Source of the DNA: Amoeboaphelidium occidentale
Lineage: Eukaryota
DNA length: 64,000 bases
Assembly (NCBI GenBank): GCA_023515795.1
Contig: JALGPX010000002.1
Location: 62,001 to 126,000, forward strand
Direction of reading: 5' to 3'
Shown here: positions 52,960 to 64,000 of the stretch, piece after piece
Numbering within the stretch: position 1 is the first letter of the stretch
How the letters are laid out: each line of letters opens with the position of its first letter
The notes under the pieces: model-generated
What the model saw: the letters and a program-made list of their open reading frames with translations, nothing else
What the model was told of the DNA's origin: nothing
The model's database searches: none
Position numbers and translations under genes: made by a program

Positions 52960-54295
52960 GATCGCACAGAAAAGCTCCAAAGCCTCGATTTCTATTCTGC
53001 TTCTGGGCGAGGGCAATTTATCATTCTCATTGGCTCTATATCAATTACTACATGATCACGATGGTGACTTCGCTGAGGCTGCGTTAGAATATCTTGGCTT
53101 TGATGGTGAAGCTGAAGATTTAGATTTCGAGTTTACGTGCACAACCTTTGATACTCATGAGGAAGTTACTGAAAAGTATCCGGAATCGGTGTCTATTTTG
53201 GCTAAGCTGCATAAGCTGCCGTTTGTTACCGTTCATCATCGTATTAATGCGTGGGAGCTGCCTGTACATTTCCCATCCAAGAAGTTTGACGTGATCATAT
53301 GGAATCATCCTCATTTAGGCACGGAAGATTTCAGGCTGCATCGGTTCCTTATGGCGCACTTTCTTAGTAGTGCATCTATTGTTCTGGCAGAGAATGATTA
53401 CAGTCGCATTTGTGTTTCGCTTGTTGAAGGACAGGAATTACGATGGGATTTGAGTGGTCAAGCGATTAAATGTGGACTGAAAGCACTTGCTGCTACACCA
53501 TTTGATGAACACAAATTTCCTGGCTATATCTGCAAGAGGAATAAGAACGGTCAATCTTTCAAGAATATTCACACTAAAAAGCATATGGGATACGTTATGG
53601 GCAGCTTTGTTCACAGATTTGTTAAGAGTCTAGACTCAGAACGAGACGAAGTCGTCAGTGCTGATACTGAGAATTCGGTTTCTTTTGATACTGCCTTGAA
53701 TGCAACAATTGCTAAGGTTCGTAAATTGGATTTACAGGGCGAAGAAGTCATGTTCGACTATAATGTTTACAAGAACAAAGATAAGCGAAAAGGCTTCTCG
53801 AAGCTTATTACTCAGAATACGGTTTTTAAATGCCCCGAATGTCTGAAGAATTTCGGAAGTTATCGCGGAGCAGGACAACACTATCATCAGATTCACGTTT
53901 TAATGCAAGGTGAGGAAGAAGGCGATTCCAATGGCGATCCATTAAAATGCTCACACGATTCTTGTTCGATCAGAGTATTTAACAGAAGAAAAGATCTTGA
54001 ACAGCATATACTGAGCAAGCATTTTGACATTAAGCAAGACAGTGAGTGGCAAAAGATAGCAAAAGATTACGCATCAAAGGAGGATTCTAATGGTAAAGAA
54101 TACGCTTTTGTCCCTTGTGATGTATGTGGTCAAGCTGTTTCAGCTGCACCTGGTGGAATGCAAGTTCATTTGGAAAGCTTGAAACCACTAATAGGAATGA
54201 AAATGTCTTGTCCTCTAGAATGCGGAACCAAGACGTTTTTGGAAATCAGAGCATTGGAGCAGCACTTTAGAACTTGTCTAGTAAGGAATCGATGA
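52958..54295 (+). CDS. DUF2431/Bmt5-like rRNA uridine-N3 methyltransferase domain fused to C2H2-type zinc fingers
   Basis: ILLLGEGNLSFSLAL; CTTFD..E...KYP; INA; FDVIIWNHPHLG; FPGY; four Cys/His clusters at the C-terminus; first ATG 52958. Confidence 0.85.
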   Translation: MIAQKSSKASISILLLGEGNLSFSLALYQLLHDHDGDFAEAALEYLGFDGEAEDLDFEFTCTTFDTHEEVTEKYPESVSILAKLHKLPFVTVHHRINAWELPVHFPSKKFDVIIWNHPHLGTEDFRLHRFLMAHFLSSASIVLAENDYSRICVSLVEGQELRWDLSGQAIKCGLKALAATPFDEHKFPGYICKRNKNGQSFKNIHTKKHMGYVMGSFVHRFVKSLDSERDEVVSADTENSVSFDTALNATIAKVRKLDLQGEEVMFDYNVYKNKDKRKGFSKLITQNTVFKCPECLKNFGSYRGAGQHYHQIHVLMQGEEEGDSNGDPLKCSHDSCSIRVFNRRKDLEQHILSKHFDIKQDSEWQKIAKDYASKEDSNGKEYAFVPCDVCGQAVSAAPGGMQVHLESLKPLIGMKMSCPLECGTKTFLEIRALEQHFRTCLVRNR

Positions 54296-54380
54296 ATGTT
54301 TTACGAGTTGGTTCTTGTGACTTTTCGAACGACTCAACAATATAACAGATTTCATTTCAACAACAAGTTCTTGTTATTCG

Positions 54381-56273
54381 ATGGAACAAGCATGTCTTAA
54401 TAAAGAATTGCCATTAATAGTCTCCCATGAGACAGAACAACAGCCTACTGAAATGTCTGATGATCAAGTTCCTGAGGAGATGATCACACCCATTTCTGAG
54501 GATGCACAGGATGAGAGCAAGATCACATCAAATGCAAAGAAACTTGACAACTATGTTGCAACTAATGTGAAAAATACAATATCACCTTCCGAGGCGACCA
54601 AGTTGAAACCCAGAGCAACGATCACAGCCTCGAGTATTAAGAAGCAGTTCATGAAAGTTAGACGAAACCTTGACTATTCACAAGTTCAAAGGTCAATTAG
54701 AGAAGATAAACGCAAGGCAAATGATACAATTTCAAGTCATGATCATGAAAGCAAGGCAATACAGCTCAACACGACAGGAACTTATTCAAAAACCGGGAGA
54801 TTGAAGATTGTTTCACCTGTTCCTCCAATACCATCATTCTTGACTCTTTTGCCTAGTGACCTGCTGGATAGAGTTCTGCCGTTTTTATCTTTCAAAGATA
54901 TATTGGTTTGTTCAGAAGTTTGCTTATCATGGTACGGTATATTTGCGTCACCGGAAGTTTGGTCTCGATTTTGCAGAAATAGGAACTGGATGGCTACTTC
55001 AACCTTTTCTCATTTCACAGACTGGAAGCAAATATTTGCCATGAACTATGTGTTGGAACGCAACTGGAACCGTGGTGAATTTAGTGTCAGTCGCTTATCG
55101 AAACAGGTCAAAGTCTCGTCGCCTGATACACCGCCTTCCCGAAAACAGACTGAAGCGCAAGCTGCTTATTCAGACGTTAAAGATTATCATATTACAGAGA
55201 AATATCTTCCACCGCACTTTGGACCAATACACGCTGTTTGCCTTGATGAGGACATAATTGTTACAGGAGGTTTGGATGGTAACATTAACGTCTGGACCCT
55301 TGAAATTGACGAAAATACAGATAAGAGAAGCTCAATCAAATATCGTTACACGGTTAAAGCTGGCTCAAGGCCCAATGAATTCGAAGGTTCTTGTGGAGGG
55401 ACTTATTGCCTTGCTCTTACAGATAGAAATATTATTGCTGGCATGTCTGATGGATCTATTGCAGTATATAATCGATTTACAGGAGATCTCCAAGGACTGC
55501 TATTACATGAACATAGTGACGGCGTTAGTGGAATATCGGCATGGAGTAGGAAACACCAAAATTTTGTGACTTCTGGGTTCGATGGCTTTTGCAGATTTTA
55601 CAGGATAGAGAACTTTAATGGTTCAACTGAATTTGGTATATCTTCTCTTGATACTTACGAGTCCAACGAGCACCGACTATTAATTCGATTTCTGGGTTCT
55701 TTGAAAGTGGATGTGTTAGGTATTTATTGCCTGGATTCCTTTACGCTATCAAATATCCAACACTTCATAGCTGGCGGAACAGAAGGAAATATCGTAGTTT
55801 TTAATGAAGATATGCATATGCTACAACATCGGATAAAGGCACATGAAGATTCAGTAATAAGTTTATCTTGTTCGAGGGATCTATTCGCTACAGGTTCAAT
55901 GGACAAGACCATAAAAATTTGGAGCCTAAAGAACTACAATTGTCTTAAAGTTGTTCATGTCGCAAATGGTTGGATCAAATCTATTGCATTTCATCATAGT
56001 CTGCCATTCTTTATGGCTAGCACATTTGACTCTGACATTTTGATATGGAAAACGAACTCAATGGAATGGAACCTTGTTAAAAAGTTGGACGCTTCCAAGT
56101 TAGGGGACGCCCTGCCAAAATATCACGAAGATGATTTGAAACATGATCGCAAGTCTGAGCGCATCGTTATAAGCACAATTCGAGCAGATAAATGCCACAT
56201 TACAGCTACAGACATGCTCGGGAATATCTATATTTTGGATGCCCTTGACAAGCCTTCGTTAATGCGAGAGTGA
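54381..56273 (+). CDS. F-box/WD40 repeat protein
   Basis: F-box LTLLPSDLLDRVLPFLSFKDILVCSEVCLSW; WKQIF...LERNWNRG; WD repeats. Confidence 0.9.
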   Translation: MEQACLNKELPLIVSHETEQQPTEMSDDQVPEEMITPISEDAQDESKITSNAKKLDNYVATNVKNTISPSEATKLKPRATITASSIKKQFMKVRRNLDYSQVQRSIREDKRKANDTISSHDHESKAIQLNTTGTYSKTGRLKIVSPVPPIPSFLTLLPSDLLDRVLPFLSFKDILVCSEVCLSWYGIFASPEVWSRFCRNRNWMATSTFSHFTDWKQIFAMNYVLERNWNRGEFSVSRLSKQVKVSSPDTPPSRKQTEAQAAYSDVKDYHITEKYLPPHFGPIHAVCLDEDIIVTGGLDGNINVWTLEIDENTDKRSSIKYRYTVKAGSRPNEFEGSCGGTYCLALTDRNIIAGMSDGSIAVYNRFTGDLQGLLLHEHSDGVSGISAWSRKHQNFVTSGFDGFCRFYRIENFNGSTEFGISSLDTYESNEHRLLIRFLGSLKVDVLGIYCLDSFTLSNIQHFIAGGTEGNIVVFNEDMHMLQHRIKAHEDSVISLSCSRDLFATGSMDKTIKIWSLKNYNCLKVVHVANGWIKSIAFHHSLPFFMASTFDSDILIWKTNSMEWNLVKKLDASKLGDALPKYHEDDLKHDRKSERIVISTIRADKCHITATDMLGNIYILDALDKPSLMRE

Positions 56274-56316
56274 TAATAGAACCTTTCACCTTTGTTTCTG
56301 ACTTCTGAAAACCCTC

Positions 56317-57261
56317 ATGCAACAGAATCACCATTCCAAAAAATCTCAAAGTATCAGCATATTCAAAGAAATGATATCCGGATCAGTAGCAGGGCTAGCG
56401 TCCCGTCTTGTGGTCGCCCCATTTGATGTGCTGAAGATTCGATACCAAGTGACTTTGTGCTTGTGCTTAATCTAATGCCTGTAGCTTCAAACGAATCCCC
56501 TTCTTTCAAACAAAGATCATCCTAAATACGCTGGAGTTGTTGCATCATGGCGTAGAATCGTAGCAGAAGAAGGATTATCTGGTCTATTTAAGGGCAATTG
56601 GGCAGCAGCGTATCTTTACATGGTTTACGGCGCAGTCCAATTCACAACTTACAAATATTTTTCTTCTTTACTGTCTCCTTACGTGGAGCATCGGTGGCTT
56701 TATAAGGGTTTATCTGGTGGCATGGCTGGAGTAGTCGCAACAACGGTTTCGTATCCTTTTGATCTCTTAAGAACAAGATTTGCTGCACAAGGCACAGAAG
56801 CCGTTTATTCTTCGATTACAGACGCTTTAAAACGAACTCTGAAACAGGAAGGCGCATTTGGACTTTATCGGGGTCTATCTTCCTCCATCGTGCAGATATT
56901 TCCTTACATGGCAATAATTTTTTCTTCTTACGACACTATTCATTCACAGCTGAAGCGTCGGAATGTTTATAATGCAGATCTTATTGCTGGAGGGTTAGCT
57001 GGAGCTCTTGGGAAACTGTCAGTTATGCCTTTTGATGTTATACGGAAACGCCAACAAGTGCAAGGCCCAACGCGAAATTTGTATGTTATCGAAACAGCAA
57101 AGTATCCAAAGAAGGCTTCAATGTTTACAATAGGTCAACAGATTTTACGGCATGAAGGTTTAAGTGGTCTATTTAAAGGAGCCATTCCTTCTCTTTTGAA
57201 AGCAGTTCCAGGGTCCGCCGTCACCTTTTACGTTTACAATTTTATCAATAGAATAATGTGA
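56317..57261 (+). CDS. TPC1: Mitochondrial thiamine pyrophosphate carrier (SLC25A19-like), 2 exons
   Basis: SRLVVAPFDVLKIRYQ/LQ across intron 56449-56484; LFKGN; YGAVQF; YPFDLLRTRFAAQG; PFDVIRKRQQVQGPTR. Confidence 0.9.
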
Positions 57262-57270
57262 TGAGTAGAA

Positions 57271-58855
57271 TTATTCTTTGGACCTTTGATGTGATCTAAA
57301 TTTAATCTCTATGAGTGCTGCAACAAATGCAAAAACGGCTGATAATCCACGAATAATATTCCATGCACAGAACCAGCTCATATCGAACTCAAATGATGCG
57401 GGAAGTTTTGCTGCTTTCTGAGTTGCAATTGCATCAACGATTTCATACCAATACCAATCCATAATTGTGACAAAGTTTGAACCCGCCAGGTTGCTTGTTT
57501 TCGGGTCTAGGTTTGATGAATAAGCAGCCGCCCGGAAACCAATTGTATTTGGAACAGCCCCATTGCGGCGAAAAGAAGGTGATATAGACGCAGCATAAAA
57601 GTTCTCACTGGAAAAGCTGACCATTATTGAACTCAAGAATAGTATCCAAGTCAAAACCAGCAAAACTGCTGTTGCAACACCCCGTTTCTGAAGAGCTTCT
57701 TTCTGTTGTAATGTTAAAATCTTTGAATTTTTTGTTATGGGTTCTGAATCTTGCTTTAGCAGTATTTCGCGAGTCGATCTTTCCTTGTAACGCGTATCCA
57801 AGCCATGCAATAAAGCAAAAGTGCTAACTAAACAAAATGTGTTTGAAACTGATGATGCATGAGATGAGTAGTATGAAAGAAATATAACCAATGGTGATGT
57901 AACATAGGCCATCATATCAAGTAGAATGTCATTCTGGAACTTGAAACCATTTTCTGGTTCAACCTCTGGTGGAAATACAGGATAAGTTATCAGAGTATAA
58001 ATTCCCAGTCCAGCTGCAATACCGTAGCTCAGATAACTAATAAAAATAATCACAAGGCGCGAAGAGTCTAAAAATTGCTCCATCATCGTATCACCGACTT
58101 CCATAATGTCGTTGTCTTCCAATTCAGACTTAATAATTGCATCAAAAATCAAATCCTGTTTAGTCTTCCTTCTGAAACGGTTACGCTCTAAGTTTTTGAG
58201 TATTTAATACTGTCCTGTAAAAATTACCTTGAACTAGAATCAGATCATCGTTCTTGTTGGATGTTGTAGTAACCACTGTAGGGCCTTGATCATTGCCCGC
58301 ACCTTTGAAAGTTGTACTTATCGTTCTTGTATTTCCAGATTCAAGTGCCCTTTGGGATACTTCATCTGGTTCATCGTCATTAAACTCCTGAATGTCTGAT
58401 GGATCGATAAACACTTTGTCGTCTAAGATCATATTAAGTTTCAAATGATAGTCGATCAATACCTCCTCCTGGTGAAAATATTGCCATAGCACTATTCGGT
58501 AGAGGTCCTGACTTCATTTTTCTTCTACTTTCTAACATCATCAGGATGATCTTCAACATCTTTACCTCTAGCTTGAGCGATCGAAGACTTGGGCTTGGGT
58601 CTTTGCAGATCTTCTGTGTCTATTTTGAGTTCTGGTTGCCTCTTAGGAGGTATCGGAATAACATTGTCGGGACTTTCATCAAGATCATCAAGAACTTGGC
58701 TCGAGGGTCCTGATTTTTGGTCTTGGCCAGTAGAATCGACCTCTCTTGCCCTTGATTTTCTTCTTCCTGAAGGAGTTTCTACGAAATATAATAAACTCTA
58801 GATGTCTAGCACTCTTACGTTTAGGATCAGAGAATGTCGTAGAGGTTTCGTACAT
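57271..58855 (-). CDS. Hypothetical multi-pass membrane protein, about 5 exons
   Basis: ATG 58855; a model with four short GT-AG introns links to the 293-aa ORF carrying 4-5 TM segments; the 5' exon structure is tentative. Confidence 0.6.
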
Positions 58856-58953
58856 TTCTTTCAAAAAGAAACTTGAAACTTGAAACACCATTCACGAGTA
58901 TTTTATTTTCATTTTTATAGCTCCTTCAGCACTTTTACTACTCTACTTATCTC

Positions 58954-60865
<1,912 letters not shown>

Positions 60866-61300
60866 TTTTCTAATTATTTCTACAAAGTGGGATTAGCCAC
60901 ACTGAGGGCGAATAGCAAAAGTACTTTTTAAGTTTTGTCTCGTGAATTGGTGGTTTTCAGGAGAAAATTTTTTGCGATTTTTGCGCCTCTGTCGATCATT
61001 CGAACCGAAAGCAGAAGTTTCGTGTGAAACGCAGCGAGGATCAAGTCAGGTTGTTGTGAGGCTTATGTGAAAGTATGCATGTTTCAACTGTAATGGGTGA
61101 TATCAACTAGAGTATCACGCAAGCAGGTTGTGTCGTGCTCACAAGAGCGATACTGAAAGCATGTGGATGTGACAACGACGAGCTGCTATAATGAAGAGCA
61201 CTAAAATTTTCATTCGTCAAGTATATCAAGCTGACGTAAAAGCCAAGATTCACAGTAGGCTCTAGCCACATGCGTGGTAAACTCAGTTTGTGTTTGCGAC

Positions 61301-64000
61301 ATGATCAATTTTCTTCCGTTGGAGCTTCTGGCTTTCGCTTTCACTTTCGATCTCTTCCAGTCTCTGCAGCATGAGAAGAGCTTTTATGTTCAGGAAGAGC
61401 TGAAAGGAATCGACAAAATTGACTTCTATTCCGGTTCTATTCTGATCAATACTGAGAATGATGTGATTCAGAGGGATCTTGTTACAGGTGCAGTGCAAAG
61501 GACATTCAGAGCACACACAAATATAGTCTCTGGTTTTACTGTTGTTAATGGATCCGCAATGATCACTATTGGCTTTGATCTTCAGTTAATCCTATGGGAT
61601 TTGGTTTCAGGATCGATCACCAAGAGGATCGGGCTAGGATCAGAAGCTACAACACCGCTTTGTATTGCAGTCGCTGATAACATGGCTTACATTGGTACTC
61701 GTAATTACAAAGTTCTCAAAGTTGATTTGATATCTGGCAGAACTTTGAGGATCAGAGATTTGGGTAACGCCGTCCTCACCTTGTCTCTCTCATCAGAGGA
61801 CCTGTACGCTGGTGGTCAGTTCTTTCCTTTGGCGCAAAAGCTTGATTTGAATACACTCGAAACGGTGCAAAACTTTAATGGCCACGATAATACGATCTCT
61901 CAGCTAACTTACTATCGTGGTGTGCTTTACACATGTTCTGCAGATACGAGAATGTTTGCCTTTAATGTTGAAACTGGCAGCATTCTTAAAACATTTATTG
62001 GCAACCTAGTCTGGATTACTAGTGTCATGGCCAATGGAAGCAATTTGTACTCCGGAAATTCATTGGGTCATTTGATCCATTGGGATATTGATACTGCAGA
62101 AATTATAAATCAATTTCCTGCATATCATGGTGGTCAGATTAATAATCTCGTTCTGTATGATGGCTCCTTGTTCTCATCGTCTTACAATGTGGTGGCTCGC
62201 TGGAATATTGTATCGTACACGTTAGAGTCCAGTTATCAAGGCAGAGTACGCTCATTAAACGCCGTTGTTGTCTGGAAAAACTACGCCGTGGGGGCTGGCT
62301 CCGCTGGAATCATAAGTTTTTGGGATTCCGAAGCTAAGACCTTTGAGCCTACATACTCATTGTCTGGCCAGACTGGTGGAATCAGCGAAATGTATGTACT
62401 TGATGACATATTATACACTGCTGATTTTAACCGCATAAGAAAGTGGGATCTTGGACAGTTTGTGATTGAAAAGTCAATATTGGTTCCAACGAGTTCTGTT
62501 ACAAGTTTATTCGCTCGTGAGGAATCAGTATTTGCTGGCACTTTTGACGGTAATTTCAGGAAATGGAACTCGTCATCAGGCGATTTGATACACGAGTTTA
62601 AACTTCATGTTGAGACCGTCTCAGATATTGAATACTACACAGATGTCCTACTTACATCAAGTTTCGATTTCTCGATTGCATGGTGGAATCCGCGTGATTA
62701 CTCGTTAATTATGAAACAGCCTGCCCCCTCATTTCAGCTGAATCGCATTTTCATTGCTGAAGATGTTGTCTACGCATGCGGCTTTGAATTAATGTCTTTT
62801 GACTTTACAACTGGTGAAAGATTCAACATTTTGTACATTAATGATTATTGCTACGATCTTACAGGACAGCCAACTTTCTTGATCCTAGCCAGTGCTGATA
62901 CGACGATTCAATTGCGAAACCCACAAACTTTTGAAGTTTTCACGTCCCTTAAAAACTCACAAGCGTCTGCATTGTGCTCGGACGCAAACAATATACTTTA
63001 CTCCGCTGGAACTGACGGTGCTATCAAGAAGTGGAACTTGGACTCCAGATCTATAGCCTTCTCGTTTGAGGGTATGCTTGATTGATATAAGACTGATTTT
63101 AGATCTCAGCGACGCTGTTACTTCACTTGCTTCTAACAGCGTAGATTTGCTGGTTGGTTTGCGCCGTGGTGTGCTCCAAAAATATGATACGGAAAGCGCT
63201 GTTTACGTAGAAGGAAAAAAATTGTTCGATGGGAAAATTGTTTCGATAGCTCAAAAAGACGATTCGATATTGACGTTTGGTCAGAATGGAATCGGCTCAA
63301 GTCACTCCCTGAATGGGCTTGACTTAGAGTATATTTGTTACAATGATACTTCGGCACCGTTGATATCAGTTGCTTTCCACGCAAACATTGTGTTTCTTTT
63401 GAGGGGAGAAAATGAAATTATCGCATTGAATTCATCAGGGTTGTATCCGCCACTTTGGAAAATTCAGTCCACATTCGCTTTGACTTGTCTTGCCGCAACT
63501 GAGTCTCAGATCTTTGCGGGTACAAAATCAGGGCGTATATTTGGTTGGGATAATGCGGATCAGCAAGCCTCGTTTGAAGTAACGAAACAGACAGCTAGCA
63601 TCAATTTTTTGCTTGCGGATGAAGATGTTTTGCACTCCGCGTCGGACGATAATACTATTGTGCAATGGTCAATTGGTTTGAGTGCAGTGCTGAACACGCT
63701 GACGAGAAGCTCTGCGACTGCACTTGGTCATCTGGGACCTGTAAATTCTTTAAGTCTTTGTAATAATGTGCTTTTTTCAGCTGGGTCGGACTTGACTGTG
63801 AGGAGATGGAACGTTTTCAACGGCAAGCACGAGGACCTTTACTTTGGCCATGCGAGGAAGGTGAATGTCGTTCTATGCCACAATGGTTCTGTCTTTTCTG
63901 GTGGTGATGATTTCGCCGTGCTGCTTTACAAGCCGACACTTCCGCAAGCGATTGTGAAGAAAACCACGACATTAATTGGAGCTGCATCCTCCAAAGCTCA
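61301..64000 (+). CDS. Large multi-propeller WD40 protein with hydrophobic N-terminus; continues past the window
   Basis: ATG 61301; about 14 WD repeats in exon 1; 31-nt intron 63072-63102; exon 2 open to the window edge with further WD repeats and a Thr/Ser-rich stretch. Confidence 0.82.

Noticed and set aside
56274..56484. TPP riboswitch near the thiamine pyrophosphate carrier
   Set aside because: No CUGAGA/CUGAU core; the spacer and intron are too short

Overview
Gene-dense eukaryotic nuclear DNA, most consistent with an early-diverging fungus or close relative (aphelid/rozellid/chytrid-like; the lineage is inferred, not established). It uses the standard genetic code and holds about 39 protein-coding genes, about 36 hand-modelled GT-AG introns of roughly 30-45 nt, and many intergenic gaps under 100 bp. 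Most genes are recognisable housekeeping genes: LAM/GRAM sterol transporter, MTFP1, Vms1, Gpc1, Atf1-type bZIP, LIM protein, TOK-like K+ channel, Cdc10 septin, Rim15/Greatwall-like kinase, Cdc50, rhomboid, Tim17, two mitochondrial carriers, S1/P1 nuclease, queuosine salvage protein, prefoldin 4, WDR7-like, cyclin, F-box/WD40 and PABP. Six items stand out. (1) An ~11 kb cluster (32.2-43.3 kb) encodes three large, intronless, signal-peptide-bearing Pro/Cys/Lys/Tyr-rich proteins that share peptide motifs and upstream TAATGG/ATTGG elements, a candidate co-regulated cyst-wall or invasion-apparatus system. (2) An RlmN-like radical-SAM gene and a Bmt5/DUF2431-like gene sit head-to-head with their first ATGs overlapping in one CATG. 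(3) A divergent pair of secreted BPI/LBP (TULIP)-like proteins lies next to a sterol-transfer gene. (4) A gamma-carbonic-anhydrase-like protein has a mitochondrial-type presequence. (5) CRE sites lie upstream of the Atf1-like gene. (6) A multi-propeller WD40 protein with a hydrophobic N-terminus runs off the window. Two N-gaps flanked by duplicated sequence in one gene look like assembly artefacts. No tRNA, rRNA, CRISPR array or transposon was recognised. All exon structures and homology calls were made by eye, without database searches.
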